Source: Octopus vulgaris (taxonomy: Eukaryota). Taken from it: a DNA stretch of 64,000 nucleotides. Location: assembly GCA_951406725.2 (NCBI GenBank), contig OX597825.1:41168001-41232000 (forward strand), given 5' to 3'. Both the position numbers and the translations under genes were made by a program. The notes under the pieces were generated by a model. The model had not been told where the DNA came from, ran no database searches, and saw nothing but the letters and a program-made list of their open reading frames with translations. Below are positions 10,985 through 25,700 of the stretch, piece by piece (positions within the stretch are counted from its first letter, which is position 1; each line of letters begins with the position of its first letter).

Positions 10985-13560
10985 AAAAAGACAATAAAGC
11001 TCATTTTTAATTTCAATTAACTTCATTTTTTTGCTTTGTTTTCGAGCGTGTTGAAAAGCCTAAATCACAATAAGTTGACACAATGGCACGTATAGTTCTT
11101 TCTGCCAATTTTCCTTATAAACCACACATGATGGGCTAAAATTTTGCTATATATTTCTCATTGAAATTATCCCTTCTTCCCAAATCCTCATCTTGTCAAT
11201 CATCTGGAATATTTTTGATAATGATTTTCAGCTAATGGATTTCACACAAAATTCAACTCATCATCATTGACCTCAGAAAGATGAATTTACTGCATTTATT
11301 ATGTTATGATGTCAACTGCAGCAAGATTTTTGTTCCTTTTCCTATTTTTCTTTTTCTTTTATTTATTTATTATTTATTTATTTATTTATTTTTTTTTTTT
11401 TTGGCATATTTTGGGAGCAATTGATCTTTACCGACAGCAACAAGAAATGATGATAGTTTCTTAAAAATTGCAACATTTTTTAAAGCTAATTTTTCTCTTC
11501 CAGTCATCAGTTTTGTTTATGACAGCTTTCAAGAAATCAATGAATTATGCATCTGAAGATTTAGACTATTCAGCTGTTCAAAAACGATCGACCACATAGG
11601 CAAGGCACATGATCTATTTTTCAACTTTCAGCTATGCAAAGACTTCCATCTTACTTTGAACTTCAAAAAGTTGAGTTCATCATCTCTAAACTGAAATACT
11701 CACCTAAATTTTGAAAGCTACTGGTAAAAAGAAGCTAAAGATGACCTGCTTCCATGTCTATAACGAACTGATAGAAAGCTTGTGAATCAAGAGCACTTCC
11801 TTTGACAAAATTCGCAAATTGAAATATTTGATCCAAATCTCTGTTAATAAAGATGGAAGTGTTTTTGCAGACATTTACTGAAAATATTGCTGGTGTTCTT
11901 TTCCTACAAAACCTCTAGATATTATCTCACAAAATATTTTCTTATTCCATGACATATGTAACTTCTCCCAAAATATGTGTGAGTACCCAAAAGTAACCAG
12001 AAATGTTTTCTGTGAGACAAGCCCATTGTAGTTTCGGCTTCCACTGCTAGAAGTCACTTGATGCAATCCACAGATATCAGCCTACAAATCCTCCTTGTGG
12101 AATGGTGTTGTTCTGCCACGTGGTGCTTTTCCCCAATTTGCTAATTTTTGCAATGGATGAAACGCAGGAACATGGTGTTTCTATGAAATTCTGTTTACTG
12201 CTGGGGAAAACGGTGATCAAAACAGTTGTCATTCTTCAAACAGCTTACAAGGGTGCTGCCATGAGCAACACACAAACGTACACGTGGTTTTCACGTTTTA
12301 GTAAAGTCCCCTGTTGCTTGAAGCCTAACTTTGTTCAGGGAGACAATTGATGAATTTTTTGATATGACTCACTTGTCCTGGAGCTCCTGCTAATTAATTT
12401 TTTGTGAGGAATTGCGAATGAAATGAGTTACAGCAACATTTGTGTCTCGCTCATGGATGATCAAAAGCAGTCACAACCGAATGCATGTCATGAACTGAAA
12501 AAAACAGTTGGAAATTGATCCAGACCTTTTTTCAAAGGTCATCACTGGTGACGAAAGCTGCTACTGTGGCAACAACCAAGAAACGAAGCAGCAATCAAGT
12601 CAGTAGAAGGATTCAATGTCACCACTCCCCAAAAAAGAGCATCAAGTGAAGTCCAATGTCAAGATGATGCTGGTTTCTTTTATCAATGTGAAAGGAATTG
12701 TCCACACAGAATTTATTCTTCTTGGTCAAACTGTTAACCAGATATTTTACTTAGCAGTTCTTAAGCATTTGTGAGATGTAGTGAAATGAAATGGCCATGA
12801 TCTGTGGCAAAGGGGTGAGTTGTGGTCTCATCACAACAATGCACTTGTGCACACCGCCTTGAGTGTGAGAGGTTTTGACCAAAAATAGCATGAGCCCACT
12901 TACCCACACTTCCTATTCACCTGATCTTCCGCCTTGTGACTTTTTTTGTTCCCTCAAATGGAAAAAGTCTTTAAAGGAAACCGTTTTGCACAGGAGGGAG
13001 AGGTGAAGGAAAAACCGATGGCAGTGTTAAAAGATATCACTTTGCAAAAGTTCCAGGACTGCTTCAAAAAGTAGAAAATGCATCTGGACCAATGCATTGC
13101 TTCAAATGGAGAATACTTTGAAGGTGATAAAAGTGTAAACACATAAATCTAAGTGAATAAAATATTGCAAAATTCCAGTTTCTTTTGAATACCCACTCGT
13201 ATCTATACAGTGACTGGGAAAATGGTGTTACATCAGTTGATTCTTGATAATTTTGGTCAAAATTTAATGAAATGCGACAGACTTGATCTCTTGCATAAGG
13301 TGATTTATAACGTTAATGGTTATGTCATTTATTCTTCTTTGTACAGAATTATCTGATAATGAAGCTATTTATTTTTCTTTTCTCCATTATAACAATAAAA
13401 TTTATGTCATTTTGAAAACACTAGGTTTGATCAAATTTTTTCCATAACTCTAACTTTATGATATAAAACTCTTCAATAATTTGTTCATTTATTTCTTGAA
13501 ATGCTCTTGTTGGGTTAAAAATTCTGTGACTAATAAACCAGAATAAGCCAAAGACAACTA
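10985..13560 (-). pseudogene. Decayed hAT (Buster/SPIN/Charlie group) transposase, interrupted by a mariner
   Basis: Minus-strand motifs in colinear order: SLSDNSVQRRINDI (~13350), QESTDVT..SQ (~13235), [mariner], NFVKGSALDSQAF (~11800), CLAYVVD/VFEQLNSLNLQM (~11580), STYCDLGFST..KTKQKN (~11060). Confidence 0.75.
11974..13201 (+). mobile_element. Near full-length defective mariner with TIRs and TA TSD
   Basis: TIRs tatgtgtgagtacccaaaagtaaccagaa / ttccagtttcttttgaatacccactcgta; HTH (MKFCLLLGK..YTWFSRF), VITGDES, HHNNALVH, YSPDLPPCDFF. Confidence 0.92.
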
Positions 13561-13719
13561 CAACTGAAAATTTCCAGTGATAAAATGTGAGATGTTAAAC
13601 TATATTTTTATTTTAAATTGAAATTTTAGAGAATATCACAGATTAAATTAAAAGCAAACTACAGTTCTACAGAATATACATGATCTTCTGGATATAATAC
13701 TTAGAAAGATTTACCTACA

Positions 13720-14670
13720 ATGGACTTTGGAGTGCTAATGAATTCCGACCATGAATAGCCAGTGAGAGAGAAGAAACTCTACTCTGCACAGAATTACGTA
13801 GTTAGTTCCATCATGAAACTACCAACTTAAAATACCAGGAAGCATCAAGGAGATGTCTCAGCAAGGGTAACCTTAAAAAGAAGACTGAAAGCCTAATCAT
13901 TGCTGCAGGGAACCAGGCATTGAATAACAACTCAGTGAAAAGGGATATATACCAGACAAGTGCAATAAACCTCTGTAGAATGTGTTGGAAGAGGGTTGAA
14001 AGTGTGACACATTGTTAGTGCTTCTGAAAATTTTGTGCAGTAAGAGTGCAAATGTAGACACAGCAAGGTAACCCAAAACCTTCACTTGCCACTATGCTAG
14101 AAGTATTGATATGAGGTAACAGGTCCTTGGTACCAACATATACCAGAAAAGGTAATTGACAAAAAGGGAAAAGCAAAGATACCCTGGGACTCTGACTTCC
14201 AGACAGACAAGGTTTTAGAGCACTGAAGCTCAGATATAGTAACCTTTAGGAAGGACAAACAAGAGTGCCTAATAATCAATGTGGCAGTACCAGGAGATCA
14301 AAATATTATCATGAGAAAAAGACAAAAGTTAGATAAATATAGAGACCTAAGAATTGAAATCGTCAAGATGTGATAGCTACAAGAGTCAAATGTAAAAGTT
14401 GTCCCTATTGTCATCAGAGCATTGAGTTCAATACCTCTCAACTTGAAGGAACATCTTGAAACTCTAGAAATACCCTACAATCTTGGTGTATTGCAAAAAC
14501 TGGCTTTGCTTCTTCGAATTACATGCACATTTTGCTTAAAGTACTGTCAGTCAGAGGTCCTTGTGACTTGATAGACAGTACAAACCCTTGGCAGACACAA
14601 TATCTTCAACCTACAACATCACAATATTGGATACTGTGCAACGTCTTCAAAATAATGATAATAATAATAG
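13720..14670 (+). mobile_element. 3' fragment of R4/Dong-type non-LTR retrotransposon (REL endonuclease) with (AAT)n tail
   Basis: LKKKTESLIIAA, HIPEKVI..KIPWDSDFQTDK..DIV..CLIINVAVPGD..KLDKYRDL, VVPIVI.ALSSI; homologous to 63300-63980. Confidence 0.8.
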
Positions 14671-15479
14671 TATTTTCTGAAGATTTACAAAAAAAAATGA
14701 CTGAAGCTGGTATAGGAGAGCACAGTACAATGTGAGGTGATATAAACAGTAAAATAACAGAAACAAAGAAGCAAAAACTGCAATCAGAAACTACTTACCT
14801 AAAAAAAGGAAACCTCCAAGGGCAGCTTATGGAAACACCACAAAAGCATGGTCACCCTGACAACAAAGGCAAGTTCATTCTCCCTATTCTCCTCTGTCAA
14901 TTTATAGGCACGTGTTCAGAGCCACCCCATTCACTTGGAACATCCATTTTTGCCACTCTTACGTACCTTTCGTTGTAAAGCAGTCTTTAGCCATTGTTGT
15001 ATCTGTCTTTTGATGATGGTTGTCACACTGACAGTGTTATATTGCGCAGTCATCAATAGAATGTTTCTATATGGCACTGTATGACCCCCAGTCGTACAGT
15101 GTTATTATCCTCACAAGGTTAGACCATTATAACATCCACTCAGTATCATAGTATAATTACTATATCAGTTCAGACACAACTATCAGCATAGTCTACATGT
15201 ACTCTTGACCTTCTCAAACTTCTCCTGTTGACTGGCTATTGGTTTATTGATACTGGCTGGCTACTACCACTTTTTACTGGGAGGGGTGATTAGTTTTACT
15301 ATACAACACATTTCAACAAATTTGTTGGAAGGTAGCACTTCTTCTTCCACATTCTCTTTCCTTTTCTAGTGAAACTTGAAACGTTGATGAGAGCTTGGCT
15401 AGAGAAGTTGTCTAGTTTTCAGCCCTTTTAGTATGATCTACCACACAAGATTTTTGATAAGGCTAGAATACAAATAAAT

Positions 15480-17090
15480 ACTGCCTGTCCATCCTAGCAA
15501 TAGGAAGGAGTCAGGATTATCTTTAAAATTGATTCAGCTAATAGCTAGCCCTGTCCTACATATGATAAAAATGTATTTGGTGTAATGCCACAAGTCAGCA
15601 AGGCTTGGGCACTGGATGAGTGCATGAAGAACAGCTTCATCTCTCTGTACACGTCTTTAGCATGCCTGGCTGATGACCCTTTTGTGCCTGTAGGGTATAT
15701 CACAATCGAGTAATGTCCGCTAGTAGCACTTTCAAGTCAGATATTTCTGGAAATTATCCATAAATACTGACCTGAAAGTTTTCCATAACAGAGCAGTCAG
15801 TTGACTTTTGTCAATGCCCAGCATTTTTCCATGAATGTCATTGATCTTACCTGCCATTAAACTTCTAAAAAATGCTGAAGTGGAATTTCCATCAGCTGCA
15901 TTACCCAACTGACAGAAGGCTGTGAACACCTCAAGATGCTCTGGGTGCCAAACACCTTGCTTAAGCCTATATTTCATCCAGCAGTGCATCCTTGTCAAAG
16001 AAACTGTGGAAAAGTGGATCTGACAAAAAAGTGACCACAACTGCTCATCAGTAAGGAAACACTGGAGACTTCACAGCCTCAGTGCATGTTTGCACATCCT
16101 CAGCTATGTCATGCCCAGTCTTCCATTCAGCAGGTGTTGACCAGAAATCCATCCATTCCACAGTCTAGTGAGATTTGAACTAGAGAAAAGCATGGTGATC
16201 AGGTGGTAATACATGATGGAGGTGATGTAAATGTTTGCCACTTTTGCCAGACCTTTCAAGAACAGCTTTCTATCAGCCCATCACTTGGTGAGATCAGCCA
16301 TATACTCATCCCAGTTTTTCTCCACTTTGAGCAATTTAACTGGTCCTCCTCCTGATGCTGTTGAATGATATAGACTTGTCTATCTAGTTGCTAAGCCATA
16401 AGTCATCTGACTTCTATTAGTTAAATTTTGGTCCTGTGATCACCTCATAGTTTCCTTGAACAGGGTTGATCACCTTTATGTTCCTAGTGTCTAACATTGA
16501 GATGTCAATATCTGGATATGCTGATAAGAATCTTCCATATACCAGTCTTAGCAGAATACTCCTCAATGTTTCTGGTTTCTGCAGTAGTGTTCCAAGAGTT
16601 GATACACACAGAAGAGAGGAGATAGGACAATCTTCACAAGCTGAATGCATGATACTCAATGGTTCTGATAAGTGGCTATTGAGCAGGTATTGCTGCACAT
16701 TGTGGCAATCCAACAGCAAATAATGGGACCAAAACCAGGCTCTCTTAAAACAACTCTCAAGTATTGATGGTCAACCTATTGAGAGCCTTTAATTGATTTA
16801 AACTTATCAGGGCCACACCCATATCAATTTCTTTGCCCTCTCTTTCTATGATGTATCGCATGAGGTGGAGATTGCCATGGATAGATCTGTTCAGGATGCT
16901 GTATATTTGAGCATCACCAATAAGACTCTCAATGGCAAGTGCCAACTTCTTTGCTAATGTCTGGGATAAAATTTTAACATCCGCATTTAACAAGTGTTAT
17001 AGACTTAAATTTACCAATAAAAATCTTCTTCGTTTGGGTCCTTTCTCAACAGTTCCACTACTCCTCAACTTGCAGAACTGAGATTTTTCC
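15480..17090 (-). mobile_element. Decayed L1/Tx1-clade LINE ORF2 (RT region)
   Basis: LNADVKILSQTLAKKL..Q..I.NRSIHGNL..ALISLNQLKALNR; SAYPDID (YADD)..YEVITGPKFN. Confidence 0.75.
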
Positions 17091-17589
17091 TCTTATGGTA
17101 GATATCACTGTTACTGGTATTATCAAAAACTGCACCCACTAAAACCAGTAAAGTGACTGGTATGAGAAAAGGCAACCAGCCTAGAAACTATGCCAAAAAT
17201 TACCATTGGAGAAGCATACAGTTCTCTAACACACCAACATTTTCAAATTGTTCAACCAATGCCTGCACAAAATGTGGATGTAAAATGATGAGGACAATGA
17301 TGATGGCCATACGAGTGATAGCGAAGATGATTATGATGATGATGATGATGATAATGGTATGCATTCTATAATCTATATCATAGAACCTCTTTGATTGTCC
17401 ATTTATGTTTTCCTTGTGGCTATTAAGGAGAAACTTACTTCAATTACTGTAATTTTTCCATAGAATAGAAATATACCTTGGGTGAGCAAACTAAATCTCT
17501 CTTGAGTGACAGTGGAAATCATAGTGAATTCCTCTACAGAAATTTGTTCTATACTACAGTATTCTGAGTTCAAATAATGATACAATGCA

Positions 17590-17800
17590 TGAGTGAAAAG
17601 GCAAGAAGGTGGCAAAATTGTTAGCATGCTGGACAAAATGTTTTGTGTCCTGAGTTCCATCAAGTCGATTTGCCTTTCATTCTGTCGGAGGAAGTGGAAA
17701 CTGCAATAAATTAAGTACCAGTTGTGCACTGGGTTCAATGTTATTGACTTTCTTCCTCCCCTCAAACTGCTGGCCTTGTGCCAAAATCTGAATCCATTAT
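17590..17800 (+). mobile_element. Family A SINE copy
   Basis: tggcaaaattgttagcatgc..gtcgatttgcctttcattc..taaattaagtaccagttg..ggccttgtgcc. Confidence 0.7.
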
Positions 17801-18769
17801 TTCAAGAGTGATTACCAAATATTTAGTCAGCTCATACTAATCACCTGTGCCATTCCCTAGAAAGGAAGTTGTGTACAAACATAATAAATCATGAATAACA
17901 ATTGAAACTGCAATAATGTTATTACTAGTAGTTGTTTAACTAAACGTGTTGTTGTTGTTGTTTTTGTTGTTATTTGTTTTCCTACTACTGCTGTTGTTGT
18001 TCTTGGAGCCATAATCTATCCCTGATCAAATAGATATATGATCAAATGTATACAAGCCACAACTAACCATTGCATCAATTTTTTTCTGAATGGTATATTC
18101 CTAGACTATATTATCATGTTTTCTTCTTTCAAAACAGCAGCGTGTAGTTTGAGTAAAATTTAGCTGCTTTTCCAAGCATATCTCATGAATACATAGAGGT
18201 TCTTCTTTAGTATGAATTAATGGATTAGAAACATTACGGAATATAATATGCAGAAAAGACATTGGAGGGGTGATGCATACCTTGCACACAAATACATTTT
18301 TTTGCAAATTAGAGTATGGCTTACAATGTGTTGCTTACCTATGCTTTTTACTCAAACAGAGTTAAGCTTTGTGTTTGACTAAAAGAGGATTAGAAGCCTA
18401 AGAATGGTGAAATTAAGAAATCAACGTGTAAATAAATGAAGCCCTTGAATCAATTACTGTACACACACACACACACACACACACACACTCAGACATACAC
18501 AGTCACATATCTATGTATGTGTTTATGTATGTATGTACCCACACGTGTCTTTGCACATAGGTACACCATGATCTATACATAAACAGAGAAGGGCCAATTC
18601 ATATAAAAAAGAATGAAATACTAATGGCAAATATTGTATAGAAACGTCTTTCAATGATGGCACATGAATCAACTGTACTGTAGTTCGTTGTATGGCATAA
18701 ATTATATGATCACTTGCTTATCAGGAAATTTGTAACTTTAATTTTCTTTTAATTTTTTTTTTATCCCAA

Positions 18770-18841
18770 TTATAGATATTTATACTCCAGTGACATTAAG
18801 AAATCAACTCATAAATAGACAAAACCCTCAAATCCATGACT

Positions 18842-18889
<48 letters not shown>

Positions 18890-19108
18890 ACACAGATGCA
18901 TACACAGAATTGTATATCAATGTATGTATTTATGTATGTTTGAAGATAATCAAACCAAATTTTCCTCATTTCAAGCCACTCACCCAATGAGTATTACTGC
19001 CAAATCTGGTGAAAATCCATTCAGCCATGTTCCAGTAATTTCGCAAAAACATAGACAGACAAAGATGAGTGATTACAACAACCTGCTTTCACTTATGCAG
19101 GGTAAAAA
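18770..19108. mobile_element. Possible non-autonomous Helitron/Helentron-like element
   Basis: ccaaatctggtgaaaatcc..agacagaca..terminal hairpin cctgc-tttcacttat-gcagg then gtaa; resembles the HINE/DINE-1 layout (inference). Confidence 0.35.
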
Positions 19109-21359
19109 TAATGGATTAGATATTTTATTGGCTTCAAGCTTCACTGTGTTGTTTTCAGATAATTCGGCATTCAAGTACCAAGAATATATTGAATATATGA
19201 GTACCAAATTAGCATTTGTCTGTTTACAAAAAAGCACACTGCTCTTGTAAAGGAACCATTGTAACTATTATAACCCATTTTCTCATTCCTTTTCCGTTTT
19301 TTTTTTTATCTGTGACACTCAATTTAACATCCTAAAAGTACTGATGATAGAAATTTTTCTGCAATTCAGTACAATGCTATAATGCCAGTTATGCTGGAAT
19401 ATTGACAATTAAATGAGACTTAATTATTATCAGTGTCTTGTTGCAATTGCTAGTTCCATCTTTTCTTAAAGTCATCCTTTATTATGCAATCCAAGCTCTT
19501 GGATTGTATTTTAAAATTCAATAGTTACAGCTTTAGTATTCAACTTTTTGACACTTTTACAGTACATGATCACTAGATCGCAGCAATGCTCTCTCTTGAA
19601 ACCTCAGAAAGTATAAACCATTGAAACATTATTATCTACATCATAAGAAGCTACACACGCACATGTGCACATGCACTTGCACAGTGCTCAGTCACTTACA
19701 TGCTTAATGATACATTGACAAAGTAGAATCCTACTAGAACACCAGCCTGGGAAAAGACAGACTTGATCCTTTATTCCCACTGATTTGTGTAGGCCACAGA
19801 GTAGACATTTGCTTCATTGATAAATAGTGAGTCTTAACTGAAAACACTCGAAGCCATATACACAGGAGATGAGTGCACTGTAAGCTAAAACAAAGGGAGA
19901 ATGCTGCTAGTGAGTAATTCCTACCCAGGAGAGGCTAGTCACCAGTATTATACTAACTTAATAATAACAGTAGTGTATGCTACAGGTCACATTTTCAGTG
20001 GTAAATGCTTTATTACTATTGCTCTACATGTCTTTAAGCTTGTGTCAGCAATTCGCGTTTTAGGATCATTTTCAGTATGCCGAATATCTCCAAGAACCAC
20101 TGCACTGTAAATTAAGCAAATTCTGTTGCCTTTGTATATACAGAAAGACTTGCTTTGTTTTCATCCACTGTAAATTAATAGATTTATCGCTCTATTCTCT
20201 ATTTTGAAGCTTTAAACTAATCATACAATAATTGAACTTGTCTATTAATTTTGTTGTAAGATGAGATAAATAAATTAGATTATTATTAATATATTAAAGA
20301 TGCAGTAATGCTGATTTTAAATAAGGACAGGAATTTTTAATTGATATAGTCATATTTTCAATGTTAAACCACAAAAATAAGTTTGTAATATATTACAGTT
20401 GTTATCAGGAGGGAATATTTAACATAAGCATCTTACTTACTGAAATGATGTATTGTGCAGCATTAAAAGTTTATGCTTTTAGATTTAGTTTAAAATAATA
20501 TACAGAAAGTATCAACTCATTCAGATGTTTCATTTCCAAGTTACTGCCTTCTAGAATTAAAACCTTCTAAGCATCTCAAATATGTTAGCTGACACATAAT
20601 ATGAAGATTAGGTACGTAATAATGTTATTCTTGTATTCCTTTTGATTAACTCCATCACTGCACTAGCAGATCTATTGGTCCTTCAGATATGCTATTTTAT
20701 CTTTAAAAATTATTAAATCAGACTTACAGTAAAGTACATATGCAGCAAACCAATGCCATCAAGCAAGTTGATATATATAGAGATAAGTATTTTCAGTAGG
20801 CCGCTGGTTTAGTAAAGATGATTATAACTTGTCTCTCAGGTGAGAGATAGATTATAATCATCTAGGAAACCAGCTGTGATAGAGTTTGAAACATACCTCA
20901 TGCTAAAAGATCTAGATATGCTAGTTTTTTTTTATTATGCAGTTGATCCACTAGAAATAACTATAATCTAATGAAATAAATAGATTCAATTTTGGGCCCT
21001 TATGTATTCATTAAAGTCCTTTTTATAACATATTACAGGCTTTACACCTGCTTCATCTGTCCCTGCTGTTCACAACTAAGAGTAAGAGAAAATAAAAAGA
21101 ATAGGGCAGTGCTATAACATAAAATCTAAACTATCAATCTCCTAGCTGGTTGTTAGTAACAATCCACCTTGCCATTATAAAATAAAATATCTCTAAGCAT
21201 TAGGATTTTGGTATTTTAACTGTTTTGAATATGGTATACAGAAGGAGGCTGGGTGTGAGGATATAAAACTGGATATATGGCACTATTACAATTGTATTAT
21301 ATTCTCTCATTGTACTAGGTAAAATGCATTATTGTGTTGTGTACACATACTACTTCACA

Positions 21360-21520
21360 AGCATTGCCATGCAGTTAAAATGTTTCCAACTTCATGCTTT
21401 TGGTTTAGTTTTGCAATGTGGTAATTTGGACAAGTGTCTTTTACCATAGCTTTGTATTGAGCAATACCTTGCGAATAGAATATGGTAAATGGCAGCTGTG
21501 TGGAAGCCCATTGAATATGT
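21360..21520 (-). mobile_element. Degenerate family B (CORE-like) SINE 5' half
   Basis: Homologous to 41674-41850 (ttggacaagtgtctttta..gaagccc); the text reads in the same orientation as that copy, so the strand call is uncertain. Confidence 0.45.
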
Positions 21521-24500
21521 ATATACACATGCATGTATTTATGCATTATCATTTGTAGATATATATAAACTGATGTTTTAGAAAAATCTTCTTGCAATAC
21601 TTATTCTATGTAAGCTGTATTGTTATACCCTTGTCACTCTTGCCAACCTAAAAGCATTGTTGCAGTGATGAGCACATCATAAGCATGTAACTAATGATGC
21701 TGCTGTTCACAAAATATGATACAAAATAAATCAAATACATTCGTCCATGTGGATTACACCAAGGATTATTCATAATATGCAGTAAGATACTTTCTGATAG
21801 GTAGGATTTTTTTTTTATTTTGTAAAGGTAGCTGCTCCAGTATTGCATAAATATCAGAATTTTGTCATAAAATCCATAACATTAGAGTCAGTTAATTTAA
21901 AAGAATAACAAAAAGGAAAAGGCGAAAGTATTACTCAATAAGTTATTAAATATTGATATTTATTTCTTTTTTTATGATAATTCTCTTGGATTGATTTCTC
22001 TTGACTTGCCTGAAGGCCAAATTTTTGCAGGTGAGAAATATAACCTTGTGAGCTGATGATCCATGTTTATAATTGGAAATTATCATCAATTCCAGTGGGC
22101 TGAAAGGCAAATGTAAAGTCAATAACAAAAGAGAAAACTAAATATAGCAAAATATTCATTTGAGTATTCCTCAATTCTCAAGTTATTTTCTCATAACATT
22201 TTTTAATAAATTCTTCTGCAAATTTCTGTTATACTCTAAACCATATCTATAATCATAAAATCTTTCAGTTATCTGCATTAAAATGCATCCAGTATAGTAG
22301 TCATAGACAATGCTTGATTCTTTGGCAGTAGTATTTTTACTTTCTCACAAGGTTTACTTCTTCAATATAGATCTAGTCATACTACTCATAATTATCTGCC
22401 AAAAGTTCTTATCAAGGGATAATTTTTACTGCACACAACATGCAATATTTATTTTTATATGCCTTAATTTAGTTACTTAGAATTGTTAAGCATTTGTAAG
22501 AAATGTACCAACTACAGATTAATACCTTATCCATAGAAAATGGTTTTCTTATTAGTTTAACTGTCACAAAACTGAAATATTTAAAAGCAAGCTTTTGTAC
22601 ATTTCTGATTCTTGATTAAAGTAACTTTAACATCTTTTAGTTTGCAAATGCATTTTGTAAATTCAGTTATAAAACTTCACTCATGAGACATGCCTAAAGA
22701 TTGAAATCCTCATGTTGTATGGAATTATTTATTGATGTATGCTTTTTAAATCAATCTTAGTTGGGAAGTATTTTAAATTTAATAAATTTAATATTTCTTG
22801 CATCTATTTTGGAATAACATTTGATGTTACTAACATTAAAAGAAAAATAATCCTTTTTTAAATTTTTTACATTGAAGAAAAATCTTTAAAAATCTTTCAT
22901 TACCTATGTATCTGAAAATATTCTATGATGTAATTACATAGTATTTTATTTGCTGCATCAGGCCAGTTTACAACATATTTTCCTATATTTAAATTATACC
23001 ACTGCAAAAAGAAAATCTAAAAATATTTTTCCTGAATTTGCAAAGGAAATATCACATAAACTTACTCAATGCCACATAAAAATGTTCTTTTGAGATTAAT
23101 TTCAGCAAAGCAAATTCAATTTATATTATACTGCAATATAATCTACAGTCATTGACATCGCTAACACTGTAACATACAAGGTAATCTGCAGTTAATCACC
23201 ATACATGGCACCAAACAATAATATAATTATCCATTTGTAGAGCTTAATGTAGAGCAAATAAACTTTGTTTCCATAAACTTCAAAAAACCTCTGATTCTAT
23301 CTATGGGTAAACATACAGCCTCCTCTCCCTTCGGGTATCACATCTTTCATATTCTACCTGGTCAAATACATGAGAGGCCAGTGACTACTAACCTGACCTA
23401 AAACAGCAGTAAACGCATTGTGCATGAAAAGTAAACATTCAGGGGCAATATATAAATAGCAGAATGCGAAAAGTTTGAAAAGCTGGAAAATATTAGTCCA
23501 AAATCTACAAACTAACACAAATGTGATTGTTGTGGTTATGTTGAAGTGTAAGAGTTACAAGAGCCCCAATCATATGATTTGGCAATCTCATTTAGGTATT
23601 ACCTACTCCAACCCAAAGATATCCAAGTAAAAGATGGATGAAAAAAATGCCCACTTATCTGAACTAATCTAGTTTACTGACTCAAAAAAAATATGTAATC
23701 TACTGTTGACAACAGTATAAAGCAATATATACCAAAACAATCAACACTTTTTGAAACACTGAAATTATATATCAATTTATAACGTACAGTCACTCATACA
23801 CTGACATCATACAACAATATAATTGACATTTACTAACTTTAAAACAACATATATCAATATGTTCTGTAGTAAGTCATATCGAGATATGTGAAATTCTCAA
23901 TGAAAAAAATGCAGTATATTTGTAAAGGAGTATAACATCAAATAACAATGATTCATTTTTGTGAGGAAATTTCAATCTCTGTTTATCTGACTATATATGT
24001 ATAGCTGTGTGTATGTGCAAAGATATGTGTGTATGTGTATGCATATGTGTGTGTTACTACCTCTTTGCCTTGATATCACATGATAGATGTAAGCATATGT
24101 CACCATCATGTAGGATGTGTACTTCATTTCCAATCTTTTGAGATAACTTGTTTAATCAAGTGAGGGTTAGTGTCAGGAAGGGCATCCAGCTGTAGAAAAT
24201 CTCCTTCAACAAATTCCATCTTACCCATGCAACCTTGGAAAATGTGGATAATAAAATAATAAAAATGATGACAACAGTGCCACTGCCAGCGATGACGATG
24301 ACAATGACAAAAATTTTGCTTTGGATTAGGTTAGTATTCATAATAATACACAATTTCAGTTCATAATGCTGTCAAAAATATCAACTGGATAAGATTTTTA
24401 TCTGTGACAACTTGGTTCTTTTCAGAGGAAAATTTGAGTAGCATCTGCAACTGGCATTAAGAATCAGTTCTTAAGATCCTTTGGGATGCTATGGAGATTT

Positions 24501-24789
24501 CCACTTAGCTTAAATCAACAGTGACAATTTAGCTACTCATTCTGCATTGTTTGATTGTAGAATTACAGCCTGGAATTTTTTAATGTGTAAATGATTCATT
24601 TCGGATTGATTAAATGATAATATATCTTATTAAAAGTTAAAGAAGTGTTCAACAACATGAGAAAACCTTTTAAATGCTATTTATCTTCTGAAGAATCTTT
24701 ATCAGCCAACTTTCTAACAACTAATGGTATTGTAAAATTTCTCTAAATAAATTAACAGTCAGGACCTAACATGCATACACATACACACA

Positions 24790-25700
24790 AAATATATATA
24801 CATCGACCTACCTCCTTGCCTATATATCTACCAACCATACCACCCACCTCAAGAATGTTGCCACTACTTCACCACTAGCTTTCTCTAGGTTACCAATATT
24901 GGTGTTTCACCAACTGCATTACCCAACTGATAGTGTACTATAAGCACCCAAGAGCATTCTTGATGCTAAGTACCCAATCTTATTTATTGCATGTCCCAGA
25001 ATTGAAGCTCTATTAAAGGCTGTAGAAAGACATGCCTAGCAAAGGACAACACAGTTGTACACACTTGGAATTTTCGTAGATGTCATAGCCTCAGCACATT
25101 GACAGTCATGGTATACAGAGTGCTCTCTTCAAAAGATGATGACCAATGCATACCCTCCACAAGAAGCAAAAAATGCAGATACTCCAACCTGTCCAGATGA
25201 GAAACAGGTTAGTCACAACAACAGGCAGTAAAGAGATGACGTGTGTCATCTGCTTGATCTTTCAAGGATAGCTTTCTTTCAGCATATTTCTGAGACTGGC
25301 CACCATGGACATAACCTTGTCTGAGTTCTTAGCTACCTAGAGACTCATACTGAATCGAAGTACCATCAACTTAATAGAACCATCTGTTCAGCATATTACG
25401 ATGCCATTTGATTACATGGACTTACCCCTCCAGGTGGAGAGTCATAAGTTCACCACGTTTTCCTGGTTCATTTTTGCTCATGTCCCAGTCTCATACTCCT
25501 TTGGGGTGATATCAACCACGTCAATTTCTATGGTGCCCTTCACCATTGCATTGACATAGCTTGCATATGCCAACATTGATCTTCTGCATCCCCATTCAAA
25601 TAGGATGGTCCTCAACAACTTCAATTTCAGTAGGAGGAGTCAGTAACTACAGAAGAAATGACAGTGAGATCCTGTGCATATTATCTTAAATGATTCCAAT
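24790..25700 (-). mobile_element. Second L1/Tx1-clade LINE relic
   Basis: LAYASYVNAMV..EIDVV..PKEYETGT*AKMNQEN parallels the YADD..YE..GAKIN segment at 16420-16530. Confidence 0.55.

Noticed and set aside
14900-15350. Possible Gypsy integrase relic on minus (RVHVDYA)
   Set aside because: A single short motif with no LTR or further convincing motifs.
23061-23400. Minus-strand exon-like segments (EFALLKLISKEHFYVAL; VEYERCDTRRERR)
   Set aside because: The first has stops in all frames after the nearest acceptor; the second has a poor pyrimidine tract and no support.
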